32,507 nt of DNA from Prasinococcaceae sp. CCMP 1430 (taxonomy: Eukaryota; Plantae; Prasinodermophyta). The position numbers were made by a program, and so were the translations under genes. The DNA lies in the NCBI GenBank assembly GCA_013416795.1, contig RQSC01001200.1, positions 1 to 32,507 on the forward strand, written 5' to 3'. The notes beneath the pieces were generated by a model. It ran no database searches and was not told the origin of the DNA. It saw nothing but the letters and a program-made list of their open reading frames with translations. Below, in pieces: positions 20,370 through 31,432 of this stretch (positions within the stretch are counted from its first letter, which is position 1; every line of letters starts with the position of its first letter).

Positions 20370-20501
20370 CTTGTCGACGCACGACGTGACCGCCGCGCCC
20401 GCTTCGAGGCAGGCCTGCGGATTGGGATCCTTCTGCTTGCACTCGAGGAACTTGGCGTTCTCACGGTGGCACGAGACGTGGATCTGGCGCGCGGTGGCGA
20501 A
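20370..20501 (-). CDS. NDUFA8: NADH:ubiquinone oxidoreductase subunit NDUFA8 (twin CX9C)-like exon; start and 3' exons not visible
   Basis: FATARQIHVSCHRENAKFLECKQKDPNPQACLEAGAAVTSCVDK: Cys spacing CX9C-X9-CX9C with the KxDPNPxxCL signature of plant/algal NDUFA8, followed by donor AAG|GTGCGC. Confidence 0.75.
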
Positions 20502-20591
20502 GCGCGACGGAAGGCCGCTCCGAAATCCCCCCCTTTCCGGGGATTTTCGAGCGACCGGCCGAACGACCGCGGGCGCCGGCCGCAGTTGAAA

Positions 20592-20601
20592 CCAATCCAA
20601 T
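20592..20601 (+). promoter_or_regulatory. Tandem CCAAT boxes between divergent NDUFA8-like and DnaJ genes
   Basis: CCAATCCAAT in a short AT-richer patch; function is inferred. Confidence 0.35.
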
Positions 20602-20952
20602 AAGAGGCGGCGGCCGGACCCGTGCACACCCCGCCCTGTGCCCCGCCGCGCGCTGCCTCGTCGGTCGGTCGGGGAACCGAGAACCGGAACCGTTCCCCGC
20701 CGCACGCGCGCTCGGCAGGATGCGTACCAGGATCCGCGGCGGTGGGTTCGGCCGCCCCGTCCGCGCGCGCGCGCGCGCTCGCCCCTTTGCGGTTCGAGGT
20801 GTTTCGGCGCGGGCGCGGCGGATCCCGCGGGATCTGCGGCGCGCGGCCCACGTCGCGCGCGCAGCAGGAAAAATCGGCGGGCGGAGGCGGCGAGCGCACC
20901 GCGCAGGGCAGGGGCAGGCGGGGGCACAGCGCGAGCGGGAAGCGGCCAAGGG

Positions 20953-21078
20953 GTGTGTGTGTGTGGGGCGCGTGCCTGCGTGTGTGCGTGTGTGTGTGTG
21001 CGTGTGTGCGGTGTGTGGTGTGTGTGTGGTGTGTGTGTGTGGTGTGCGGTGTGCGGTGTGTGGTGTGTGGTGTGTGTG

Positions 21079-21110
<32 letters not shown>
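20953..21110 (+). repeat. Degenerate (TG)n microsatellite ending at N 21111
   Basis: Direct reading; TG runs interrupted by GG/CG. Confidence 0.95.
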
Positions 21111-21178
21111 NGCGCCCGCCGCCGCGCCCCGAGCGCGGCCGCGCGGCGGCTGACCCTAGCGCCGGCGCGCTTCCGCAG

Positions 21179-22192
21179 ATGCTGGGCGTCAAGCAGGACG
21201 CGACCAAGAAAGAGATAAAGCTGGCGTACTACGAGCTCGCGAAAGGTGCGCGCGCGCAGGATGGCCCAGCGGCGGCCGTGTTCGCGCCCTCGACCGCCTG
21301 CGAAGCTGACCCGCGCGGGCGCTCTCGCGCAGAGTGCCACCCCGACCTCGCCGGTGAGGAAGGCCACGAGATGTGCATCCTCCTGAACGACGCCTACGAG
21401 CTGCTCAGCGACCCGAAGTCGCGCGAATCGTACGACTACGACTTGGAGCTCGCGAAGATGGACGACGGCTACACCGGGAAGCCGCTGAGCAAGTGGTCCA
21501 AGCGCCACCTGAAGGAGGGCGAAACGAGGGCGGTCTACGTGGACGAGAGCGCCTGCATAGGCTGCAAGCAGTGCGTGTGGGCGGCGTCCGCGACCTTCCG
21601 CATGGAGGACGACTACGGCCGCAGCCGCGTCTTCGCGCAGTGGCTCAACTCGGAGGACGACATACAGTGCGCCATCGACTCCTGCCCGGTCGACTGCATA
21701 CACTGGGTGCACAAGGACGAGCTCCCCGCGCTCGAGTTCGTCACGCAGCGCATGGTCAAGCAGAGCGTCGGGATCATGATGGGGACGGGCGAGGGTGGGG
21801 GCCAGCGCGGCACGGACCCCTTCGCCGAGGCCAAGGCCTTCCTCAAGCAGCGCGAGCGCTTCGTGCGCCTCAAGCTCAAGCGCGAGAGGGAGAGCCGCGA
21901 GAGGGTCGCGTCGGAGGTGGAGGCCAAACGGCGCACGGAGGCGGCCGAGCAGATCGCCGCGCGCACTCGCGAGCGCTGGGGGAAGCTGTGGGGGAACACC
22001 GTCGGCAACGCCGGCAGGCGGCGGAGACAGTGGATCGTGCCGCCGCATAGGGCGCTCGTCAAGTACGTGCCGCGCGCGGGGTCAGCCGCGGGCGGCGCTG
22101 GCGCGGCAGCGACGCCGGCGGCGATGGCGACGGCCGCCAAGCTGCGGGCGGTGGCCACCCGCGCGGGCGCCGATGGCGCCGGTGGCAAGTAG
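21179..22192 (+). CDS. DnaJ-ferredoxin co-chaperone (J-domain plus 4Fe-4S domain; CDJ3/CDJ4, DJC76 family), join(<21179..21245,21333..22192); possible transit-peptide exon from ATG 20720
   Basis: LGVKQDATKKEIKLAYYELAK|ECHPD...LLNDAYELLSDP; YVDESACIGCKQC...AIDSCPVDCIHWV. The 87-nt intron is GTGCGC..CTGAC..CGCAG. Confidence 0.9.
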   Translation: MLGVKQDATKKEIKLAYYELAKGARAQDGPAAAVFAPSTACEADPRGRSRAECHPDLAGEEGHEMCILLNDAYELLSDPKSRESYDYDLELAKMDDGYTGKPLSKWSKRHLKEGETRAVYVDESACIGCKQCVWAASATFRMEDDYGRSRVFAQWLNSEDDIQCAIDSCPVDCIHWVHKDELPALEFVTQRMVKQSVGIMMGTGEGGGQRGTDPFAEAKAFLKQRERFVRLKLKRERESRERVASEVEAKRRTEAAEQIAARTRERWGKLWGNTVGNAGRRRRQWIVPPHRALVKYVPRAGSAAGGAGAAATPAAMATAAKLRAVATRAGADGAGGK

Positions 22193-22255
22193 GTGCGTGT
22201 GCGTGTGTGCATGAGGTACAGGCTGTTCAGGCCGTAATATTATTTCGTCGTGACG

Positions 22256-22903
22256 TCACTCGTCGTCGCTGTCGCTGTCGTACATGACGACGGCCATCTC
22301 AGGCAGCTTCGCCCAGCGCCACCCCCGCACCCCGCCGCGCACGTGGGCGAGGCGCTCTGCAGGGACCCCCGCGTTGATGAGCATGTAGATCGCCTCCAGC
22401 GAGCGGCTGCGTTCGCCGGTCTTGGGGACGCTCTGGCCCATCACGCTGTACGACCCCATGCTGAGCTTGCCGCCGGTCTCGCACATCAGCGCGAGCGTCG
22501 CCCCGGTGGTGTCGAGGAGCTCGGCGGCCTCTTCCACGAAGCGCGCGTTCACCACGGTCGGCGCGCCGCCCAGCGCGGGCAGTGCGGCGAACGCCGCCGC
22601 GCGCAGCCCACCCTCGTCGCTGCGCACGTACAGAGGGACGCTGACGGCCCCCTCAGCGTGGCCCTCCTCGTACGACTCGAGCTCCCTGACGTCGATCAGG
22701 AGCACGCTCTTCGCCGTGGCAGCAGCGCGCGCCTCTTCGACGCCCAGCGATTCCACGCCAGCCGCGACGAGTGCGACGTGCACGTCGGGCCACGGAGTGT
22801 TCGAGGCGCTGTACTTGCCGTCCGAGGAGTAGCCCTGGCCGTAGAGCGTGTCGCCGCTCGAGCCCGCGGCGACCGCAGCGCCGCGGCGTGCGCGCGCGCG
22901 CGC
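22256..22903 (-). CDS. Rhodanese-like domain protein (plastid STR14-like); 5' end in N-gap
   Basis: LLIDVRELESYEEGHAEGAVSVP, LMCETGG, GERSRSLEAIYML and AHVRGGVRGW..LP. Confidence 0.8.
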   Translation of the reverse strand, partial: ARARARRGAAVAAGSSGDTLYGQGYSSDGKYSASNTPWPDVHVALVAAGVESLGVEEARAAATAKSVLLIDVRELESYEEGHAEGAVSVPLYVRSDEGGLRAAAFAALPALGGAPTVVNARFVEEAAELLDTTGATLALMCETGGKLSMGSYSVMGQSVPKTGERSRSLEAIYMLINAGVPAERLAHVRGGVRGWRWAKLPEMAVVMYDSDSDDE

Positions 22904-23064
22904 TNNNNNNNNNNNNNNNNNNNNNNNNNNNNNNNNNNNNNNNNNNNNNNNNNNNNNNNNNNNNNNNNNNNNNNNNNNNNNNNNNNNNNNNNNNNNNNNN
23001 NNNNNNNNNNNNNNNNNNNNNNNNNNNNNNNNNNNNNNNNNNNNNNNNNNNNNNNNNNNNNNNC

Positions 23065-23733
23065 GCGGCCGCCGTTGCGGCCGACGAGGGCGGCGACGGC
23101 GAGCGGATGAGCGTCGCGGACGAGCTGAGGCGCGCGCAGGGCGACGCAGGCCGGCGACGCGCGCGCAGCGCGGACAGCACCGATGCAATCAGCACCTTCC
23201 TCACGCGCCGCTTTGGCCTCGCCGGCGGCCTCGCGTGGACGGCCTTCTTGCTGTTCGGCGTCGTGTCCGAGCAGCTCAAGACGCGCAACGAGGTGCGCGT
23301 CGCGACAACGGGCATGAAGGAGGTGAAGGACGCACCGCTCATGACCTTCGCCAGCGGCACGACCTACCGGGACGAGGTAGTCGGCGCCGGCGACCAGATC
23401 TACGACGGCGCCTTCGTGCTGCTCGAGTACAAGGCGACGACCGACTCGGGCGTGGTCATCGCCGATACCAACGCGAAGGGGCAGAGGGCGACCGCCTTCC
23501 TGTACACCCCGCGCGGCGCGAGCTTCGGCACCATCGCGTCCGGGCTGCTCGAGGCGCTCCAGGGCGCGCGCGTGGGGCAGCGCCGCCGCGTGACGGTGCC
23601 TCCGGGGGCGGCGTACGGTGACGAGGGCACGCTCGTCGAGCTGCCGGGCAGCGGCGAGATCTACAAAGTGCCCGGCGGCACCACCATCGAGTACGTTGTG
23701 ACGCTGACCCGCGTCAGCGTTCCGCCGAGCTGA
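23065..23733 (+). CDS. FKBP-type PPIase-like thylakoid protein (FKBP17-2/17-3-like); 5' end in N-gap
   Basis: FLTRRFGLAGGLAWTAFLLFGVVSEQLKTR, GQRRRVTVPPGAAYG and VPGGTTIEYVVTLTRVSVPPS, which parallel the plant FKBP17-2 layout. Confidence 0.82.
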   Translation, partial: AAAVAADEGGDGERMSVADELRRAQGDAGRRRARSADSTDAISTFLTRRFGLAGGLAWTAFLLFGVVSEQLKTRNEVRVATTGMKEVKDAPLMTFASGTTYRDEVVGAGDQIYDGAFVLLEYKATTDSGVVIADTNAKGQRATAFLYTPRGASFGTIASGLLEALQGARVGQRRRVTVPPGAAYGDEGTLVELPGSGEIYKVPGGTTIEYVVTLTRVSVPPS

Positions 23734-23809
23734 CTGTATTGTACCTCAGTAAATGCCTATCTCGCTGTATTAATGCACCGAACGCGCCGTCGGCGCCGTC
23801 CCCGAGTGC

Positions 23810-26800
23810 CTACTTGCCCACATGCTGGCCGGCCGCGCGGCCCTGCCCCTTGGGCATCTTGCGCTGATCAGCGGCGAGCGTCGATATCTCCGACTGCGAG
23901 TAGTAGTGCGGCGCCACCTCGACCAGCCAGTCCGGCTTGATCTCGATGACGTTGCGCATGTACTCCTTGGTGGTCAGCACGAGCTCGAAGTACGAGACCC
24001 AGCGCGGCATGGCCTCGGCGAGGCCGCTGGTCGGGTGGATGTGCACCGTCTGTGGGTTCTTGATGGTGCGGTAGTGGCCCTGCCGCTGGAGCTTGGCCGT
24101 GTGATAGAAGAAGCCGGCAGTGACGGCGCGGCAGATGGCGTTGTGGTCCTGCGCGCGCGAGGACATCTCCACCTCCGTGCGCTCGCAGAGCCCCTCCACC
24201 TGGTCTCGGATGTCGCGCGCACGCTTCATGGAGCGCAGCTGCACGAAGTTCTCCACGCACCATTGGTGCGAGTAGTCGGTCTCGGCCCATTGGTTGTACG
24301 CGTTCATGAGCGCGAGGTGGTCGCCAGGGTGGCCCTGGTAGAAGTTCTTGCGCGCGTTGTCCGCGTGGACCTTCTTGTCCTTGGGCGCGTAGAAGATGCT
24401 GTTTCCCACCGAGAGCATCGCCACGATGGTGACCACTTCGGAAACGCACTTCTCTTTGTCCGCCGCCAGCACGGTCTTTGACAGCATCGGGTCGAGCGGG
24501 AACTCCGCCATGCGCCTCCCGAGCTTGGTGAGCTCCCCGACATCGTTGAGCGCGCCAAGGGCGTAGAGCTGCTCCAGCGCGCGGAGCAGCGTCTCAGCCG
24601 GCGGCGGGTCCATGAAGTCGAAGCCCATCAGGTCGTTAATGCCCAGCGACTTGAGCATGAGCACCACGTTGCCCAGGTTGGTGCGCTGGATTTCGGGCAC
24701 GGGGTTGCTCTCGAGCTCGTGTTGGTACGACCACGCCGTGTACAGGCGGAAGGCCTTCCCAGGCGCCGTGCGCCCCGCACGGCCCGCGCGCTGCATCGCC
24801 GCGGCCTTGGACACGGGCGTGACTACCAGGCTCGCCATGCCGCTGCGCGGATTGAAGGCGTTCTGCTTGACGAACCCCGGGTCGATGACATACTTGATGC
24901 CGTCGATGGTGAGCGACGTCTCGGCGATGTTGGTCGCCAGCACGATCTTGCGGGCGTTCTCGGGCGTCGGCTCGAAGATCTTCGCCTGCAACTCGCTGGG
25001 CAGGTTGGCGTAGATCGGCGCGATAATGATCTCCCCGATCCGCGAGCCCATGCCCTTGGTGCGCTGCTTGAGGATCTCCTCGCACGTCTCGATTTCCTCC
25101 TGGCCGGTGAGAAAGATGAGCACGTCTCCGCGCGGTTGCGTGACGTGGACCTGAAGCGCGGTAGTGACCGCCGCATCCAGGTAGTCCGCCTCGGGTGCCT
25201 TGGTGTACAAGATGTCGACGGGGTAGCGCCTGCCGGGGACGCGGAAGATGGGAGCGTAGTCGAAGTACTCGGAGAACTTCTCGGCGTCGAGCGTCGCGGA
25301 CGAGATGAGCAGCTTGATGTCCGGGCGAAAGCGCGCGATGTCCTTGACGAGGCCAAAGAGCACATCAGTGTGCAGCGTGCGCTCGTGCGCCTCGTCCACC
25401 ATGAGCACGGAGTAGCTCGCCAGGTCGGGCTCGCCAAGGAACTCGCGCAGCAGCATGCCGTCCGTCATGTACTTCACGATGGTCTTCTCGGAGGTGCAGT
25501 CCTCGAATCGGATGCTGTAGCCCACCTCGTGCCCCAGCTTGACGCCCATCTCTTCCGCAACGCGCGCCGCCACGCTCATCGCGGCGACGCGCCTCGGCTG
25601 CGTGCACCCAACGATGCCCTTCTCCGAGAAGCCGTGCTCGTGCAGGTACTGGGGAATCTGCGTCGTCTTGCCAGCGCCCGTCTCGGCGACGATGATCACC
25701 ACCTGGTACTGGTCGACCGCCGCCAGCAGGTCGTCTCGGTACTCGTAGATGGGCAGCGACGCGCGCGTCTTCGCCATGCGCTCTCGCTCGGTCATGCGCG
25801 CTACCTCTGCGGCGCTCGGCCCGTCTGCTTTCTTCTCGTCGTCGATGTTTTCGCCGGCAATCATCTCGTCCTTGATGAACTCCACTGCGTCGGCGAAGAC
25901 GAAGTCGTACTGCTGCGCGTCCGCGCCACCGTATGCGCCGCCCTTGCCTCCGCCGCCAGCCGCCTTCGCCGTTTGGTGCGCCTCCCACTCCTCCGCCTCG
26001 GCGTTGGCATTGGCGCGTTTCTTTCCCTTGCGCTCGGCCTCGGCGTCGCGGTAGCGCGCGGTCGCCGCGGCGAAGCGCTCGTCCTGCTTGAGCCCCTTGT
26101 CCATGTCGTCATACGCGGTGGGCATGACATACTCGTCCGCGATGGCCGCGTCCGCATCGCGACCCTTGGCCTTGGCCTTGACGGCGTCCTCCGCATCGAC
26201 GCGCTCCTTGGCGAGCGCGTACAGCCTCTTCTTGAACTCGAGATCCTCGCGCTCGGCAGCCGTGAGTTCGCTCTTGTCGAAGAGCAGCTCCTCGTCCTTG
26301 ATTTCGTCGCGTAGCTCGGCGAGCTTCTGCACCTCGCGCTTGCGCACGTATTCCTGGCGCGAGAACTCGCGCAAGCGCTCGATCTCGGCGCGGCGCTCTG
26401 CGTCGGAGAGGCCCGCAGCGCTCGCGGCAGCGCGCCGCTCGGCCTCGGCTTTCGCGGCAGCGGAGACGCCGGGCTGGCCGACCTTGCGCGTGCTTTTCTC
26501 GTCGCGCGCGCGCAACCGCTCCTCGAATGCTTCGCGCTCCGCGCGGTCAGTGTCGCGCTCCGCGTCTGCGCCGCCCCCGCTGCCGCCGTCCTCGAGCTTC
26601 ACGCCGCTCGCCTCCTGCTCCCCGCCGTCGTCGGTGCGTCGCCGCTTGCCGAGCGCGCCGCTACCGTCGGCGCTGCCGTCTTGCCCCCCCGGGTGAACCC
26701 CATCGTGCAGCGGAGGCTGGTACTTCTCCTCCTCGCCCGCGTTGTCATCCTCATCCTCGGCCTGCTCGCGCGTGCGCCGCAGCTGCTGCCTGCCGCCGCG

Positions 26801-26965
26801 CCGCTGGAAGACGGCCGCGCCCCCACCGTCCCCGCCTGGTAGGCGATCACTGCGTCCGTTCCCCGCGCTGCCGCCAGCCCACCGCCTCCGCCGCCGCGCA
26901 GCGCCCGGCGGCGACCGCTGCGGTGGGGCCTCGAGTCGCGCCCAGGCGGCCCGAGCTCTTTCCAC
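23810..26965 (-). CDS. DHX16: Spliceosomal DEAH-box RNA helicase PRP2/DHX16 (ESP3-like); true start not identified
   Basis: [67 protein letters not shown] and the family C-terminus KMPKG.G.AA. One uninterrupted ORF; 26965 is a GTG. Confidence 0.93.
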   Translation of the reverse strand: MERARAAWARLEAPPQRSPPGAARRRRRWAGGSAGNGRSDRLPGGDGGGAAVFQRRGGRQQLRRTREQAEDEDDNAGEEEKYQPPLHDGVHPGGQDGSADGSGALGKRRRTDDGGEQEASGVKLEDGGSGGGADAERDTDRAEREAFEERLRARDEKSTRKVGQPGVSAAAKAEAERRAAASAAGLSDAERRAEIERLREFSRQEYVRKREVQKLAELRDEIKDEELLFDKSELTAAEREDLEFKKRLYALAKERVDAEDAVKAKAKGRDADAAIADEYVMPTAYDDMDKGLKQDERFAAATARYRDAEAERKGKKRANANAEAEEWEAHQTAKAAGGGGKGGAYGGADAQQYDFVFADAVEFIKDEMIAGENIDDEKKADGPSAAEVARMTERERMAKTRASLPIYEYRDDLLAAVDQYQVVIIVAETGAGKTTQIPQYLHEHGFSEKGIVGCTQPRRVAAMSVAARVAEEMGVKLGHEVGYSIRFEDCTSEKTIVKYMTDGMLLREFLGEPDLASYSVLMVDEAHERTLHTDVLFGLVKDIARFRPDIKLLISSATLDAEKFSEYFDYAPIFRVPGRRYPVDILYTKAPEADYLDAAVTTALQVHVTQPRGDVLIFLTGQEEIETCEEILKQRTKGMGSRIGEIIIAPIYANLPSELQAKIFEPTPENARKIVLATNIAETSLTIDGIKYVIDPGFVKQNAFNPRSGMASLVVTPVSKAAAMQRAGRAGRTAPGKAFRLYTAWSYQHELESNPVPEIQRTNLGNVVLMLKSLGINDLMGFDFMDPPPAETLLRALEQLYALGALNDVGELTKLGRRMAEFPLDPMLSKTVLAADKEKCVSEVVTIVAMLSVGNSIFYAPKDKKVHADNARKNFYQGHPGDHLALMNAYNQWAETDYSHQWCVENFVQLRSMKRARDIRDQVEGLCERTEVEMSSRAQDHNAICRAVTAGFFYHTAKLQRQGHYRTIKNPQTVHIHPTSGLAEAMPRWVSYFELVLTTKEYMRNVIEIKPDWLVEVAPHYYSQSEISTLAADQRKMPKGQGRAAGQHVGK

Positions 26966-27180
26966 CCGTTCTGACGAGCGATGTCTTCCCCACGGGAGAC
27001 TCTTTTGTGGTCAGAACGCCTTCGAAATCGCCTTCGAATACGTGCCGCGCGAGCGTCCGAGGCGGCGATGCGCTCCGCCCCGCCAAAAGCATTTCGAACA
27101 GCTCGGCGGCCGGCGGCGCGCGGCACAGCGCGGCGCCGGGGCGCGCAGGCGGCGCCGAGGCGCGGAGGGTAGGGGTTGGG

Positions 27181-29901
27181 ATGGCGTCCGTGATGACCCA
27201 GCCGGTCGGAGCGGGGGGGGCGGTGAGGGGGTCGAGGGATGCACAGCAGCGCGTGCTCGAGCGGCTCGAGCGCACGGGCCTCAGGCTCGGCCTGGCGACG
27301 CCGGCGCCCGCGCGCACGGTGCCGCTCTCCGCGCCGGAGCGCCCGCGGGCCCAGCAGCCGCACCAAAGGCACCAGCACCAGCAGTCGCCCATGATGTGGC
27401 AACGGCCCCCTCCGCTGCAAAGGGTCCATCCAGGCACCTCGCCGCCGCAGGCGCATCACGCGCCTGAGCAGCGCGTGCGGCAGGCTCTGCCATCTCGACA
27501 CGAGATCGCACTAGCGCCCGCGGCCGCGACGGGCTCGCCCTTGCGGGATCGCGAGCAGCTTCAGCGCATGGTGTGGGAATACACACGCGCCGCATTCGAC
27601 GCTCGCGCGGAGGAGGAGGGCCGCCGCCAACCGGAGGCGCAGCTGCGCGAGGGTGATGACGCGTCCCTCGACAGGGCGCGACGAGCAGCCGACGCGGCGG
27701 AGCGCCGAGAGCGCGCTGCCGAGTCGCGCGCGGCGGAGGCGGAGCGCCGTGCGCAGCGCGCACAGGAGGAAGCCGCCGATGCTCGCGCGACAAGAGAGGA
27801 AGAAAGCAACCGCGCGGACGCCGCCGAGGATGACGTTCGCAGCTTGAGATTGAGGGCCGAACGCGCCGAGGGGGACCTGAGCGCGCTGATCGCGAGCGTT
27901 GAGACACTGCAAAGCCGTGCTGAGAGCGCTGAGTCGCGCGAGGCGGATGCAGCGAAGGCCTTCGATGAGGCTCGAGCTGAGCGTTCCGAGGCTCTCCGCG
28001 CCCTGGAGGCGGCATCCGCGACGCAACTCGCCGTCGAGCGCGACGCACTCTCTGCCTCGCTGTCCTCGGCGCGCGCCGAGGCCGCTGCGGCGGCCGCTGC
28101 GGCGGCGAAGAATTCTACGGAGCGCGACGAGTTTGCGGCGGAGCTCGAGGCGTGCAGCGTGGACATGGCGAGGGCGCGCGAGCAGATGAACACGCATGCT
28201 GCTGCTGCCAAGGCCGCGCTGGCGCAGCTCGAGAGCCTGAAGGGAGCACGCGACGCTGCTGTGGCGTCCGCCGCGCGACGCGCTGCGGGGCCACATGCGG
28301 GATCTGAAACCGCGCGCATCGCTGTCGCTGAGGCAGAGACGCGCGCTGCAGACGCGGAGGGACAGGTGACCTCGCTGAGAGCGAAGGCGTTCGCCGAGAG
28401 TGAGCGCGCCAATAGGCTGGAGGTCGAGCTCAAAGCGGAGCGCTTGCGCCTCGCCGCGTCCCAAAAGCGCATAGCTGATCTCGAGTTCCGCGTGGAGCGC
28501 GCAGAGCAAGGTGCGTGCGCCCGTTCGCCACGTGGATTGCGCGCGCGCCGGATGCCATCGCTGACGTGCCATCTCTGACGCATGCGTTGCCACCGCGGAC
28601 GGAGCAGGCGAAGCGAACGCCGTCGCGCGTGCTGCGGAGGCAGATGCGGGGGCGGTCGAGCGCGCGGCGAAGGCCGCCGCGGATAAGACGCAGACCGCTG
28701 TGGCTGCGCTCCTCGCTGCGGCAGATCTCCCACCGACGCCGATCGCCAAATCGCCCGCTGGTGCGCTGCTCGAAGCGGCGGCGGCGGTGATGACGCCGGC
28801 GGGGAGGACACAGCTGTCGCTGGCTGCTCCGTCCGAGGAGCCGCAGCCCTTGACCGCGAGTGGCGAGCGCCACACCACCCGACGCGCATCACCTCGGGGC
28901 GGGGCCATCGATTCTGAGGCGCCCGAGCCGGGCACACCGTGGCGCGCCGGACCTGCAGCGGCAGGGGCAGGCGCCGCAGCTGCTGTCGACCTCACGAGAG
29001 GAGTGTCACACAACGCGGCGCAGATCAGGCATAGCGCCTTGGATCTAGCGCTTCGCGTCGAGGACAGCGCCGCACAGGCGATGGCGTCCATGCAGGAGAC
29101 TTCTCGGGCGAGGGCAGAGGCGCGCGCGGCCGAGGCGGTCGCGCTGACTGCATCGCAGTCGCGCGACGCCACCGAGATGGTGCTGAGCGATGTCCGCAGG
29201 CGTCACGATCTGGCCAAGGCGGAGCGGCGCAAGGCCGAGGAGGCGCTCGCCGCTCAATTTGCGAGGGCTGAAGCGAGTGAAATGGAGAGGCACATAGCAG
29301 AAGCCGAGGCGACTCACTGGCACAGGGAGGCGGAAGAAGAGCGGGCGCGCGCCGATGAGGAGCGAAAGGCGGCGGCCGCGCAAGCACGCAACGCTGCTGC
29401 GACGAGTGTCGCGCCCGTGCGCGCGGAGCTGAGCGCCGAGAGGCCGCCCATTGGCGCCGAGGCCCAGGCACAGCGACTCGCCATGGACTTGAGCGCAGAC
29501 ATGAAGTTACTGCAAGGCCTGGTCACGCAACTGACCGGTATGAGCGCGCGCGTCGACGCCACGCTGCGTGTGCGAACCGTGCGAGAGCCTGCGCGGGAGT
29601 GTGCTCTTTGTCTGACAATGTACGTGCCTCGCTCGGTGACACGAACTCGCTCAAAGGCGCCGACCCTCTGGCGATAGTGGAGGAGGTGGAACGGATACAA
29701 GAACTCTCCACCGCCGCCGATGCCAGCCCGGGCGGGCTGGTGACAGGGACGGTCGACCCCCCGGAGTCGTCGGCTCGCGGGCGCATTGCTTGCGAGGCGC
29801 AGGTGCACATCGACGAGGCGAGCGCAGATGAGGAGCTGCTCTCGCTGAGCGCTGAAGTCGCATCGATGGCCATGCAGCTCGGCGAGACGATGCGGATATA
29901 A
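27181..29901 (+). CDS. Long coiled-coil hypothetical protein, join(27181..28510,28608..29567,29657..29901), about 844 aa
   Basis: ATG 27181; long E/A/R-rich helical stretches; two phase-1 GT-AG introns (97 and 89 nt) with CTGAC branch points join three ORF frames. Confidence 0.7.
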
Positions 29902-30145
29902 GTGATCTTGGCTTACGTGCCGGCGCGCAAAACGTACGCCAGAGGCACACATGCTTGTCGGCGCGTCCGTCACCAGGTCTCTGTCTGCGCGGGCGGGGTC
30001 GCCGCCCGCGCGTCTCTGCGCGTGCTGCATTCTGTCTTGAACCCGGCTCGCACAACCACGTGCGCACTTAGGCTGCGCAGGTTGTGCCTGACCGCCAGGC
30101 CGAGCGAGGGGGCGTCCGTACAGGCGCCGTCGTCTGCTCCGATTA

Positions 30146-30950
30146 TTACGCCGACACGTGACCAGCATCGTCCGCAGCTGGCACTGGCTCAGGTTCGGGA
30201 GGCAGCCCGGCGTCCGTGCCGTGCAAAATGACCACCGCGCGGCACTTTTGCTCGTGTGCGAGGCCGTCCGACGTGGAGCCTGCCCAGAGCTTTTTCAGCC
30301 AGCCTTTGCCGGTCGACGCCACGACGACGGCCGCCGCGCCCGTGCTGTCGGCAACGCGCGCGAGCGCCTCGCTGATTGGGCCATAGACCTTCTCGATGCA
30401 CACGATGCATTCCACGGGCACGCCGGCTTCCTGGCACATCCGCGCGAGTTCGAGCAGCGTCGTTTCGCCGTCCTCCAGCGCCGCGTTCGTCAGCGCTTCC
30501 ACCTTGCTCGGGTCGGTGATGGGGATGGCGTACGTGGGCCTTTTCACGGGACACCGATGCAGCGCCCGACGGTCAGCACAAGCTTTCCGAGGCAACAACG
30601 AGGCTGGCCTCGCTGTTAGTACTACGTGCTACTCGCGCGCACGAGTCGATTCAGACGCCCCCAGTGAATTCTACGACGCACATCACGTACATGTCGTCGT
30701 CGAAGACGGTGTCCGGCCCCGCGGTCTCCGAGGCAGGCACTACGGTGCACAGCGTGAGCAGGTCGCCATCGCGCGCGAAATTATCCAGCGTCCATTTCAC
30801 GGCCTGCGACGCAGCCGCCGACGCATCGACTGCGACGAGGAGGCGGCGCCTCACGGTGAACGCCGCTATGTCTGCATCAAAGGGCGTGAGGACGGCCTTG
30901 TACAGGTCCTCGCAGGGCTGGCTCTCCTTGAGCTTGATCGTGTGTGGCAT
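30146..30950 (-). CDS. Universal stress protein (USP_A-like), complement(join(30146..30539,30691..30950))
   Basis: RRLLVAVDASAAASQAVKWTLDNFARDGDLLTLCTV and VVVASTGKGWLKKLWAGSTSDGLAHEQKCRAVVILH. The phase-2 intron (151 nt) is GTACGT..CTGAC..AAAG. An alternative start at 31304 is possible. Confidence 0.82.
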
Positions 30951-31374
30951 CGCGCACGCGCGGTCGGAGCGACGCTCCCGCCTTCGGTGCGTGGTCTGCT
31001 TGTGGCAGCGCCGCAAAAATTGTTGGCTGCCGCAGGCGGCACCACCGCCTGCGCCAGTCCGTGGCGGCGCGCTCGCTCGCTGTGTGGCGCGCCGGCTGCA
31101 TGCGATTGAAGGCTCGCTGCCGCTCAGGCGGGCTGGCGATGCACCCGTCGGTCCGTGGACGCCTGGCAGCGCCGCGGGCAGGCCGCCGCCGGTGTGTACC
31201 GCAGCGGCCGAGACCTCCCGCTGCGGAGCATGCGCGCGCGCATCGCTTTTCCCCTCCGAGGCCGAGACCGAAACCAGGTCAAAAATGTGCGCGGCTTTTG
31301 ACATCTCCGCCCCCTGGGACGGCAGGGACGCCCCCATCACCTTGAAAAGGACGCGCGGTCGCGGCCTCTCCGGG

Positions 31375-31375
<1 letters not shown>

Positions 31376-31429
<54 letters not shown>
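31376..31429. repeat. Poly(T)54 homopolymer
   Basis: Direct count of 54 consecutive T. Confidence 0.95.

Positions 31430-31432
<3 letters not shown>

Noticed and set aside
27021-27098. Repeated TTCGAA words as a heat-shock element
   Set aside because: An HSE needs nTTCnnGAAn spacing; here TTC and GAA abut directly.
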